Source: Chloroflexota bacterium
Lineage (GTDB): Bacteria > Chloroflexota > Limnocylindria > P2-11E
Assembly: GCA_009692785.1 (NCBI GenBank)
Contig: SHYN01000002.1
Location: 1-42,370, forward strand
Reading direction: 5' to 3'
Length of the DNA stretch: 42,370 nucleotides
The notes beneath the pieces were generated by a model that had not been told where the DNA came from, made no database searches, and saw nothing but the letters and a program-made list of their open reading frames with translations. The position numbers and the translations under genes were made by a program. Below are positions 9,114 to 17,415 of this stretch, piece after piece (the first letter of the stretch is position 1; every line of letters starts with the position of its first letter).

Positions 9114-10342
9114 CCCGGCGCGTTGTTGTGACGGGGATGGGCGCGATGACACCGGTGGGCAACGACATCCTCTCGACCTGGGCGGCCCTCAAAGCAGGCC
9201 GCGGCGGGATCGGTCGGATCACGCGCTTCGATCCCGCGCCCTACGAATCGCAGATCGCCGGCGAGGTGAAGGGCTTCGACCCCACGGCCTTCATGGACCG
9301 GAAGGATGTGCGGCGCACGGACCGCTTCACCCAGCTCGCCGTGGCCGCGGCGTCGATGGCGCTCAGTGACAGCGGGCTTGACCTGAAGTTCGAGACCGAA
9401 CGGATCGGCGTGGCGATCGCGACCGGCGTTGGCGGCCTCGAAACACTCGTCGAGCAGGTTCTCGTGATGGCCGAGCGCGGTCCATCACGCCTCTCGCCAT
9501 TCCTTGTGCCGATGCTCATGGCGAACGCCGGTTCGGCGCAGGTCTCGATGCAGTTCGGGCTTCAGGGTCCCAACCTGACCCACGTGTCAGCCTGCGCCTC
9601 GTCGTCGCACGCGATCGGCGAATGCGGCGAGATCATCAAGCGCGGCCAGGCCGACGTCATGGTTGCCGGCGGCGCGGAGGCGGCAGTCATCCCCCTTGCG
9701 ATCGGTGCGTTCTCGAACATGCACGCGATGAGTCGCCGGAACGACGATCCGGCGCACGCCTCGCGTCCGTTCGACAAGGATCGTGATGGATTCGTGCTCT
9801 CCGAGGGCGGCGCCGTGGTCATCCTCGAGGAGCGCGAGCATGCTCTCGCACGGGGCGCGCGGATCTATGGCGAGCTCATCGGGTACGGCGCGACCGCCGA
9901 CGCCTACCACATCACCTCGCCCGCGCCGGAGGGCGCCGGCAATGCGCGGGCGATGCGGATGGCGCTGACGCAGGCCGGCATCGCACCCGAAAAGGTCGAC
10001 TACATCAACGCGCACGGCACCTCGACCGGGCCGAACGACCGCGAGGAGACCGCCGCGATCAAGGCGGTCTTCGGGGCGCACGCGCAGAAGCTGCTCGTCT
10101 CAAGCACAAAGTCGATGACCGGCCACCTTCTTGGCGCGGCCGGCGCATTGGAAGCGATCGCCTGCCTGCTCGCGCTTCGCGACGGCATCATCCCTCCCAC
10201 GATCAACTACGTCACCCCCGACCCCGAACTCGACCTCGACTACGTGCCGAACGTCGCCCGCGAGCGTCAGATCACGACCGCCCTCTCCAACTCGATGGGG
10301 TTCGGGGGCCATAACGCTTCGCTCATCCTGACTACGGCATGA
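9110..10342 (+). CDS. fabF: beta-ketoacyl-ACP synthase II
   Basis: RRVVVTGMGAMTPVG is the N-terminus. Also present: the active-site C in HVSACASS, the YINAHGTSTGPND and KSMTGHLLGAAG His motifs, and GFGGHNASL. I place the start at TTG 9110 in a TTGA overlap with the fabD stop; the track start at 8933 lies inside fabD. Confidence 0.9.
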   Translation: MTRRVVVTGMGAMTPVGNDILSTWAALKAGRGGIGRITRFDPAPYESQIAGEVKGFDPTAFMDRKDVRRTDRFTQLAVAAASMALSDSGLDLKFETERIGVAIATGVGGLETLVEQVLVMAERGPSRLSPFLVPMLMANAGSAQVSMQFGLQGPNLTHVSACASSSHAIGECGEIIKRGQADVMVAGGAEAAVIPLAIGAFSNMHAMSRRNDDPAHASRPFDKDRDGFVLSEGGAVVILEEREHALARGARIYGELIGYGATADAYHITSPAPEGAGNARAMRMALTQAGIAPEKVDYINAHGTSTGPNDREETAAIKAVFGAHAQKLLVSSTKSMTGHLLGAAGALEAIACLLALRDGIIPPTINYVTPDPELDLDYVPNVARERQITTALSNSMGFGGHNASLILTTA

Positions 10343-11085
10343 GCCTTGCCGGCAAGACGGTCCTCATCACCGGCGCAAGCCGGGGCATCGGCCGCGCCAC
10401 GGCGGTGCGGCTGGCGCGCGACGGCGCGCGAGTCGCGGTGAACTACAAGGGCAACGTTGCCGCGGCGGAGGAGACCAAGCGCCTCGTGGAGGCGGCGGGC
10501 ACAAGCGCACTGCTCGTGCAGGGCGATGTCTCGCTCGATGTCGACGTCGAGCGGGTCGTGAACGAGGCGCTCGCGTTCGGCGAGGGGCGACTTGAGCTGC
10601 TCGTGAACAACGCCGGCACGACGCGCGACGGTCTGCTGTTGCGGATGAACCTCGCCGACTGGGACACGGTCCTGGACCTCAACCTCCGGGGGGCGTTCCT
10701 TGTCACGAAGGCAGTTCTGCGGCCGATGATGAAGCAGCGTGGCGGTCGGATCGTGAACGTCTCGTCGGTCGCGGGCGTCGTTGGGAATCCGGGGCAGGCC
10801 AACTATGCCGCCGCGAAAGGCGGATTGATCGCCTTCACCAAGACCGTGGCGCGCGAGATGGCGAGTCGGCAGATCACCTGCAACGCGGTCGCACCCGGCC
10901 TTATCCCGACAGATCTGACGAACGATCTTCCGCAGGAGGTGCGGGACGGGATGCTCAAGCAGGTCCCGCTCGGCCGGCTCGGAACCGTGGAGGATGTCGC
11001 GAACGCCATCGCCTTCCTCGTTTCCGACGACGCGGCCTATATCACCGGCCAGGTGCTCGTCGTCGATGGCGGCATGGTCACCTGA
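10339..11085 (+). CDS. fabG: 3-oxoacyl-ACP reductase
   Basis: SDR motifs are present: TGASRGIGRA, NNAG, S..YAAAKGG. The start forms an ATGA overlap with the fabF stop. Confidence 0.9.
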   Translation: MSLAGKTVLITGASRGIGRATAVRLARDGARVAVNYKGNVAAAEETKRLVEAAGTSALLVQGDVSLDVDVERVVNEALAFGEGRLELLVNNAGTTRDGLLLRMNLADWDTVLDLNLRGAFLVTKAVLRPMMKQRGGRIVNVSSVAGVVGNPGQANYAAAKGGLIAFTKTVAREMASRQITCNAVAPGLIPTDLTNDLPQEVRDGMLKQVPLGRLGTVEDVANAIAFLVSDDAAYITGQVLVVDGGMVT

Positions 11086-11614
11086 ACCGCCTAGCATTGA
11101 GGCGGTGACGACCCGCCGCGCCGCCCTCATCGCCGCCGTCGGGTTCGCTGCTTTTCTGCTCGACCGGGTGAGCAAGGCGCTGGTCGTGGCGAACGTCCCG
11201 CTGCACGATACGCGCGAGATCATCGGCAACCTCCTGCGCATCACCCACACCCAGAACTCCGGATCGGCCTTCGGATTGTTCCAGGAGCGGACCACGGTGC
11301 TCGCGGTCCTCAGCGTCGTGGCCGTCGGCGCGATCCTCTATTACTACCGGACGCTCGCCGCTCGCTCGCCGCTCCTTGCAGCGACGCTCGGCATGCAGCT
11401 CGGTGGCGCCCTCGGCAATCTCGTCGATCGCCTGGGTCAGGGCTACGTCGTCGATTTCATCGACGCCGGGGTTGGCGGCGTGCGCTTCTGGGCATTCAAC
11501 CTCGCGGACTCATCGATCGTCGTCGGGATCTTTCTGGTGTCAGGGCTGCTCTGGCTGGAAGAGCGCCGCTCCCCGCGGCCAGCCAGAGGTGGTCCGCTGG
11601 CTGCGGGCGAGTGA
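11066..11614 (+). CDS. lspA: lipoprotein signal peptidase II
   Basis: LDRVSK.., NSGSAFGL, GGALGNLVDRL..GYVVDFI and FNLADSSIVVG are present. The start is uncertain: ATG 11066 overlaps fabG by 20 nt, while GTG 11105 gives a more typical short basic N-terminus. Confidence 0.85.
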   Translation: MAAWSPEPPSIEAVTTRRAALIAAVGFAAFLLDRVSKALVVANVPLHDTREIIGNLLRITHTQNSGSAFGLFQERTTVLAVLSVVAVGAILYYYRTLAARSPLLAATLGMQLGGALGNLVDRLGQGYVVDFIDAGVGGVRFWAFNLADSSIVVGIFLVSGLLWLEERRSPRPARGGPLAAGE

Positions 11615-12567
11615 ACCGGGTGACGGAGCGGATCGCATTGGCGGGGGAAGCCGGGGGGCTCAGGGCCGATCGCTTTGTCGCGGAACGGACCCTCCTGTCG
11701 CGGAGCGCGATCGCGCGACTCGCGAAGGACGGACGGATCACGGCGAATGGGGTGCCGATCGAGCCCGCCTACAAAGTGCGGATGGGTGATGCCCTCGTCG
11801 TCGACATTCCCGAAGCGGAACCTGCGCTCTCGCTCGCGGCGGAGGACATCGCGATCGACGTCATCTACGAGGATGCCGATGTGATCGTCGTGAACAAGCC
11901 CGCCGGCCTCGTCGTCCATCCCGCCTACGGACATCACACCGGAACGCTCGTCAATGCCGTCGTCGGTAAGATCACCGCCGACACCGGTCGCGCGGCCTCG
12001 CGACCGGGGATCGTCCACCGTCTCGACAAGGACACGAGCGGGGTGATCATCGTGGCAAAGACGGACCTCGCGCATCTTGCGCTTTCGCGGCAGCTGCAGG
12101 CCAAGCGTTTTGGCAAGGAGTATCTCGCGCTCGTCTGGGGGGACCCTGGGGACCAGCCGGTCGTCGTCGATGCACCGATCCTCCGTGATCCGGACGATCG
12201 CCGCCGGATGGTCGTCCGCGCGGGTGGCCGGGAATCCACGACCCGCTTCACGAGGATCGCGGTCTTCGGCCCGGCCTCCGCGCCGCAGACGCTGCTGCAC
12301 GTGCGACCGATCACCGGGCGGACGCACCAGATCAGGGTCCATCTTGCGTACGCGCGCTTTCCGATCGTCGGTGACCCGGTGTACGGACGGAAGAACGACT
12401 CGAGCGCCCTTGGGCGCCAGTTCCTGCACGCCTGGCGCCTCGCCGTACGCCTGCCGCAGGCGGGCGAGCAGACGTTCACGGCGCCCCTCGCTGTGGACCT
12501 TGTGGCGCACCTGGGCGCCCTCGGTCCGCCCCGCGACGTGGCCGAGCCATTTGGCGAGGTGGCGTGA
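11611..12567 (+). CDS. rluD: RluA-family 23S rRNA pseudouridine synthase with N-terminal S4 domain
   Basis: An S4-like N-terminus is present (DRFVAE..LSRSAIARLAKDGRITANG). The catalytic HRLDKDTSGVIIVAK and GRTHQIRVHL motifs are also present. The start forms a GTGA overlap with the lspA stop. Confidence 0.85.
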   Translation: MNRVTERIALAGEAGGLRADRFVAERTLLSRSAIARLAKDGRITANGVPIEPAYKVRMGDALVVDIPEAEPALSLAAEDIAIDVIYEDADVIVVNKPAGLVVHPAYGHHTGTLVNAVVGKITADTGRAASRPGIVHRLDKDTSGVIIVAKTDLAHLALSRQLQAKRFGKEYLALVWGDPGDQPVVVDAPILRDPDDRRRMVVRAGGRESTTRFTRIAVFGPASAPQTLLHVRPITGRTHQIRVHLAYARFPIVGDPVYGRKNDSSALGRQFLHAWRLAVRLPQAGEQTFTAPLAVDLVAHLGALGPPRDVAEPFGEVA

Positions 12568-13163
12568 CGGAGATCGCTGGCGGCGGCCTCCTCGTCATCA
12601 TCTCCGCGCCGTCCGGCGCGGGCAAGGACACCGTCATCGAGCGCCTCGTGAAGGTGCTCGATGACGGTGTCGTCTACATCACGGCCACGAGCCGCAAGCC
12701 GCGGCCGGGAGAGGTCCACGGCACCCACTACTTCTTCTACGAGCCCGATAAGTTTCGGTCGGAGATCGAGGCCGGCAACTTCCTCGAGTGGAGCATGGTG
12801 CATGGCGACTTCAAGGGTGTGCGGCGGGACGCGCTTGCGGACACGATCCGTGCTCACCGGGTGGTCATCGTGAAGCCGGAGCCACAGGGCATGCGCAAGA
12901 TCAAGGTGCTGCTGCCCGAGGCGACGACGATCTTCATCATGCCGCCGTCGGTCGCGGCGCTTCGGCGCCGGCTGGAGCTGCGCGGCACCGAGTCGCCAGA
13001 GCAGCTCGAGATCCGGATGCGGAACGCCGAGATCGAGATGGCCGCGGCGCCGGAGTACGACCATGTGGTCACGAACCACGACGGGAAGATCGACGAGACG
13101 GTGGCCGAGATCGCCGCGATCATCCGCGTCGACGCGCGGCGGCCTCGCCGCTACGAGCTCTAG
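12564..13163 (+). CDS. gmk: guanylate kinase
   Basis: The P-loop ISAPSGAGKDT is present, followed by TSRKPRPGEVHGTHYFF and the ..EW..VHGDFKG motifs. The start forms a GTGA overlap with the rluD stop. Confidence 0.9.
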   Translation: MTEIAGGGLLVIISAPSGAGKDTVIERLVKVLDDGVVYITATSRKPRPGEVHGTHYFFYEPDKFRSEIEAGNFLEWSMVHGDFKGVRRDALADTIRAHRVVIVKPEPQGMRKIKVLLPEATTIFIMPPSVAALRRRLELRGTESPEQLEIRMRNAEIEMAAAPEYDHVVTNHDGKIDETVAEIAAIIRVDARRPRRYEL

Positions 13164-13169
13164 GAGACC

Positions 13170-15530
13170 ATGCCGGGCACCCCGCGAGCGCGAAGCGATG
13201 CGGAAGGTGTCGAGCGCAGCGCGGAGGTCGCGGTCTTCGCCGGACTTCGTGGACCGATGCGAACCTTCAGCTACTCGGTCCCGCGCGACCTCGCGGTCGC
13301 CCCCGGCCATCTGGTCAGCGTGCCGCTCGGCACCATCGCCGCGCGTGGCGTGGTGCTCGGCCTCGACGTGCCGGCACCTCCGGGCGCCGTTCTGCGCGCG
13401 ATCCAGGGACTCGTGCATCCGCTTCCACTGCTCCGGCCGCATCAGCTCGCTCTGGCGCGGTGGATCGCCCTGCGGTACCGCTCGGGTCTTGCCGACGCGG
13501 TGCGCGCGATGCTCCCGCCGGCACTCGCCGCGCGGTCTCGAGGTAGCGCGCTCCTACCCGCCCGCGGCGGTCGCACCGAGCCGGTCTTCGCGCTCACCGC
13601 GAAGGGCCGGGAAGCGCTCGTGCTCTGGACCGACCTCGACGCGGTCTCGGTCTCAGAGACCGCGGTGGTCCCTCCGGTTGGGACGCGGCCCGCGTCGGGG
13701 CGGCCGCCCGCGACCGCGAGGCTCACGTCGAAGCAGCTCGCGACGCTTCGCGCACTCGCGGCGGGCGCCGTCACCGGGCCTGAGCTCGCTCTGGCCGGGG
13801 CGTCGGCGGATGCCGCGACCCGGCTCGCGGTGCGCGGGCTTGCGACCGCCGGGCGTCGCGCGATCCGGCGGGTCCCGACGGAGTTCCGCCTCCTGGAGAC
13901 CGATCCGATCCGCGATGCGACGCTGACCAAGGGCCAGGAGGAGGCGCTCGCCGCCCTGGTGGCATCGTTGGGGAGCGGCGGCGGATTCCTGCTCCACGGC
14001 GTGACCGCAAGCGGAAAGACGGAGGTGTACCTCCGCGCCGCACAGGCCGCCCTCGATCGTGGGCTCGGCGTCATCATCCTTGTGCCCGAGATCGCGCTGA
14101 CGGCGCAGATCGTTGCGCGATTCCTCGCTCGCTTCGGCGATCACGTCGCGCTGCTCCACAGCGCACTGTCCGCCGGTGAGCGGTTCGATGAATGGCGCCG
14201 GGTGCTCGACGGCGTGGCGGACGTGGTCATCGGGTCGCGCTCGGCGCTCTTCGCGCCGCTCGCGAGGCCTGGGCTCATCGTTGTGGACGAAGAGCAGGAG
14301 CCCTCGTACAAGCAGGAGTCGTCGCCCCGTTACCACGCCGTGGACACTGCGCTCGCGCTCGTCGAGATCGCAGGTGCGACCGTGGCGCTCGGCAGCGCGA
14401 CCCCGCGGGTCGCCACCTGGCATGCCGCAAAGAATGGTCCGCTCCGCCTCTTCGAGCTTCCCGAGCGTGTCGCGCTCCGAACGCTCCCCGTCACGACCAT
14501 CGTTGACCTGCGCCTCGAGTTGAAGGAGGGGAACCGCGGCACCCTCTCGCGCCCGCTCCGGCTCGCCCTTGAGCGGACCGTGGCGCAGGGCGAGCAGGCC
14601 ATTCTGTATCTGAATCGACGCGGTTTCGCCACGGTCGTGCTCTGCCGCGACTGCGGATTCGTCGTCCCCTGTCCGGGCTGCGAGATCCCCTTCGCGTATC
14701 ACACGAGCTGGGGATCCTCGCCGGGGGCCACCGCGGCCCCGCGACTCGTCTGTCATCGCTGCGGCCGGGTTGAGCGACAGGTGCCAACGACCTGCCCGCA
14801 GTGCGCGTCTCCCCGGATCCGCCATCTTGGCACGGGGACGCAGCGCGTGGAGGAGGAGGTCCGCGCCGCCGTGCCGCGCGCTCGGGTCGCACGACTCGAT
14901 CGCGACTCGGTCCGGGCGAAGGGCGCGCACGCCGCGGCGTACGAGCGGATGCGGAGCGGTGAGTCGCAGGTGATCATCGGCACCCAGATGGTCGCCAAGG
15001 GTTTTGACCTTCCTGGCGTTTCCCTGGTCGGTGTGATCAACGCCGACACGCTGCTCAACCTCCCCGACTACACCTCCGCGGAGCGGACCTTCGAGCTCAT
15101 CACGCAGGTGCTCGGCCGATCCGGCCGTGGCGAGGCGGGAGGGTGCGGCATCCTTCAAACGTACCTGCCGGAGCACTACGCGATCCGAGCGGCGGCCGGG
15201 CATGACTACGCGGCGTTCGCCGAGGCAGAGCTTGGCGTCCGTCGCCGGTTCGGTCACCCGCCGTTCGGGCGCCTCATCCTCCTGCAGACGAGCGCGAAGC
15301 GCGAGGACACGGTCGAGCGCCGCGCCTCGACCCTGGCGGCGGAGCTCCGAGCCGAAGCCGATCCCGCAACGAGCGTCCTGGGTCCCGCCCCGGCGTTCGC
15401 GGCGAAGCTTCGCGGCTCGTATCGCGTGCAGATCGTCCTTCGTGGACCGGATCCCGCGAGCCTCCTCGACCGCGTGCCCCCCGGTCCAGAGTGGACGGTC
15501 GATGTGGACCCCGCGACACTTCTGGGATGA
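13170..15530 (+). CDS. priA: primosomal protein N' (replication restart helicase)
   Basis: Walker A HGVTASGKTEVY and DEEQEPSYKQ are present. The Cys-rich zinc region is present (CRDCGFVVPCPGCEIPFAYH..CHRCG..CPQCAS), as is GTQMVAKGFD. Confidence 0.9.
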   Translation: MPGTPRARSDAEGVERSAEVAVFAGLRGPMRTFSYSVPRDLAVAPGHLVSVPLGTIAARGVVLGLDVPAPPGAVLRAIQGLVHPLPLLRPHQLALARWIALRYRSGLADAVRAMLPPALAARSRGSALLPARGGRTEPVFALTAKGREALVLWTDLDAVSVSETAVVPPVGTRPASGRPPATARLTSKQLATLRALAAGAVTGPELALAGASADAATRLAVRGLATAGRRAIRRVPTEFRLLETDPIRDATLTKGQEEALAALVASLGSGGGFLLHGVTASGKTEVYLRAAQAALDRGLGVIILVPEIALTAQIVARFLARFGDHVALLHSALSAGERFDEWRRVLDGVADVVIGSRSALFAPLARPGLIVVDEEQEPSYKQESSPRYHAVDTALALVEIAGATVALGSATPRVATWHAAKNGPLRLFELPERVALRTLPVTTIVDLRLELKEGNRGTLSRPLRLALERTVAQGEQAILYLNRRGFATVVLCRDCGFVVPCPGCEIPFAYHTSWGSSPGATAAPRLVCHRCGRVERQVPTTCPQCASPRIRHLGTGTQRVEEEVRAAVPRARVARLDRDSVRAKGAHAAAYERMRSGESQVIIGTQMVAKGFDLPGVSLVGVINADTLLNLPDYTSAERTFELITQVLGRSGRGEAGGCGILQTYLPEHYAIRAAAGHDYAAFAEAELGVRRRFGHPPFGRLILLQTSAKREDTVERRASTLAAELRAEADPATSVLGPAPAFAAKLRGSYRVQIVLRGPDPASLLDRVPPGPEWTVDVDPATLLG

Positions 15531-16225
15531 GCGCCGAGGTTCCGCCCCCCGTGGACGACGACGACGACGTCGAGATCGAGGACGACGAGGCTGAGTCCAC
15601 CGAGCCGCGCCTCGAGATCGTCAGAGGGCGTCCGTGGACGATCGACACCGGCCGCCGCGAGAAGTGGAGCACCCCCGAGTTCGTCGCGGCCCACGCGGTC
15701 GAGGTGCGCCAGGTCGGCGATCCCGTACTCCATGCGCCGGCGCGGAAGCCCAAGCTCTCGCGGGGCGACATGGACGCGTTGCTCGAGCGGATGTTCGCCT
15801 CGATGATCGCCGCGCACGGGATCGGGATCGCGGCGCCGCAGATCGGCGTGCCGCTGCGGGTCGCGATCATCGACGTCGATCGGGCCGGGATCGTCGTCGT
15901 GAATCCGGAGATCGAGTGGGTGAGCGACGAGGTGGAGGAGACAAGCGAGGGCTGTCTGTCGGTCCGAGGGCTGTACGGGATGCTCGAGCGCCCCCTCGAG
16001 GCGCGCGTCGTCGCCGAGGATCCCAACGGCAAGCGCTTCACGCTCTACGGTTTCGATCTCGGCGCGCAGTGCATGATCCACGAAACGCAGCATCTCGACG
16101 GCACGCTGTACATCGACAAGCTGAGGACGCGTGCGGATCTCTTCCCGGTCAAGGTGGGAGCGCCGGACGAGGAGCCACGGTCGGTGTCCGGCCACACGCG
16201 GGCCGAGATGGAAGGCACATCCTGA
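15527..16225 (+). CDS. def: peptide deformylase with a ~57-aa acidic N-terminal extension
   Basis: PDF motifs 1-3 are present: GIGIAAPQIG, EGCLS, HETQHLDG. The start forms an ATGA overlap with the priA stop. GC3 is high across the extension (by-eye read), which supports it being translated. Confidence 0.9.
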   Translation: MSAEVPPPVDDDDDVEIEDDEAESTEPRLEIVRGRPWTIDTGRREKWSTPEFVAAHAVEVRQVGDPVLHAPARKPKLSRGDMDALLERMFASMIAAHGIGIAAPQIGVPLRVAIIDVDRAGIVVVNPEIEWVSDEVEETSEGCLSVRGLYGMLERPLEARVVAEDPNGKRFTLYGFDLGAQCMIHETQHLDGTLYIDKLRTRADLFPVKVGAPDEEPRSVSGHTRAEMEGTS

Positions 16226-17163
16226 GACCGCGCGCCGTCTTCCTTGGGACCCCCGCCTTCGCCGTGCCATCCCTTGATGCCCTCTGGCGGCTCGATCGCG
16301 CCGGCGTCATCGAGCTCGTTGGCGTCTGCACCCAACCTGATCGGGAGCGTGGTCGGGGCCACGTCCTCGCGATGTCAGCGGTGAAGGTGCGGGCGCTCGC
16401 GCTTGACCTACCGGTGCTCCAGCCAGCGCACCTGCTGGGTGAGGACCTCGCGGCTGTCGTCGCCCTGCGGCCGGGACTGCTCGTCTGGTCCGCCTACGGC
16501 AACCTCATCCCGCGCCCGCTGCTCGCCGCCGCCGGCAACCGCGCCCTCAACGTGCACGGGTCGCTGCTTCCCCGGTGGCGGGGTGCGGCGCCGGTGGCCC
16601 ACGCGATCCTAGCCGGCGACACAGAAACGGGTGTATCGCTGATGGTCGGCACGCCATCCCTTGACGCCGGCCCGGTGTATGCGGTCGCGCAGACCGCGAT
16701 CGGTGCCGATGAGGACGCGGGAGGCCTCACCGGTCGTCTGGCCGGGCTGGGCGCGGTGCTGCTCGAGCGCGAGCTCCCGAGTTTTCTGAGCGGCGATCGA
16801 GCGGCGCTGCCGCAGGACCCGACCCTGGTCACGTGGGCGCCGAAGCTCACGACGGCCGACGGTGTCCTCGATTGGGCGCAGCCCGCGGATCGGCTTGCCC
16901 GCCTCGTGAGGGCAATGACGCCGGAGCCCGGCGCATGCACGACGTTCCAGGGTCGACGCCTGGACATCGAGCGTGCCACCGTGACGGGCGGCGTTCCCGC
17001 GGAGCACGGCGTGGTGCAGCTCCGCGCAGGAGTTCCGCACGTCGCGGCGGGCGCCGGCTGGCTTCGGCTCGACCTGGTCCGCCCGTCGGGGAAGCGCGCG
17101 ATGGCCGGTGCGGAATGGGCCCACGGGGTGCGCGACCTGGAAGGGCTCGCACTGCCCTCCTGA
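16222..17163 (+). CDS. fmt: methionyl-tRNA formyltransferase (start codon uncertain)
   Basis: RAVFLGTPAFAVPSLDAL is the N-terminus, with NVHGSLLPRWRGAAPV and the C-terminal tRNA-binding domain following. There is no in-frame ATG/GTG/TTG between 16069 and 16264. I place the start provisionally at CTG 16222, in a CTGA overlap with the def stop and 6 nt after GGAAGG. Confidence 0.8.
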   Translation: MRPRAVFLGTPAFAVPSLDALWRLDRAGVIELVGVCTQPDRERGRGHVLAMSAVKVRALALDLPVLQPAHLLGEDLAAVVALRPGLLVWSAYGNLIPRPLLAAAGNRALNVHGSLLPRWRGAAPVAHAILAGDTETGVSLMVGTPSLDAGPVYAVAQTAIGADEDAGGLTGRLAGLGAVLLERELPSFLSGDRAALPQDPTLVTWAPKLTTADGVLDWAQPADRLARLVRAMTPEPGACTTFQGRRLDIERATVTGGVPAEHGVVQLRAGVPHVAAGAGWLRLDLVRPSGKRAMAGAEWAHGVRDLEGLALPS

Positions 17164-17330
17164 CCGCCGCCACCGTTTCGCAACCCGCCCGTCACTGTCG
17201 GGGACCCGTTCCAGGGCCTATCCTGCAGGCAGATGCGCACCGTACCGGCAGCGAGCGCTACCCCGATCGCCACCGCAGCAGCGGTAGGTGAGGCTTAGTC
17301 GCACCCAGGAAGCTCCGGACCAAGCGACAG

Positions 17331-17364
17331 GCCTCCCGAGATCGAAGGATCGGGAGGCTTTTTC
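17331..17364 (+). terminator. rho-independent terminator hairpin
   Basis: GCCTCCCGA (17331-17339) pairs perfectly with TCGGGAGGC (17350-17358). The hairpin is followed by CTTTTTC. It is the only strong stem plus T-tract I found in the window. Confidence 0.6.
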
Positions 17365-17415
17365 ATTCACGGTCAGGCGCGGCGATCCAGCGAAGAGATA
17401 CGAAAGGAGCACACG

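Noticed and set aside
11934-15257. 502-aa (11934-13442) and 534-aa (13653-15257) minus-strand ORFs antisense to rluD/gmk/priA.
   Set aside because: They span several well-supported + strand genes and their junctions, and they have no motifs and a biased composition. They are high-GC artefacts.
15634-16221. The N-terminal ~196 codons of the 509-aa track ORF that ends as fmt.
   Set aside because: This part overlaps def in another frame and translates to Arg/Gly/Asp-rich nonsense. Only the C-terminal ~314 aa are Fmt-like.
17164-17330. An SRP RNA, glutamine (glnA-type) riboswitch, 6S RNA or tRNA in the fmt-gltB spacer.
   Set aside because: I compared it by eye with the 4.5S domain IV motif (GGUCCGGAAGGAAGCAGCC) and the glnA-motif core (..ACGGAAGUAGG..AAGGAACG). 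Only loose similarity appears (GUCGCACCCAGGAAGC..). There is no GNRA tetraloop or symmetric loop and no cloverleaf. The region is kept only as an unclassified structured leader in the findings.
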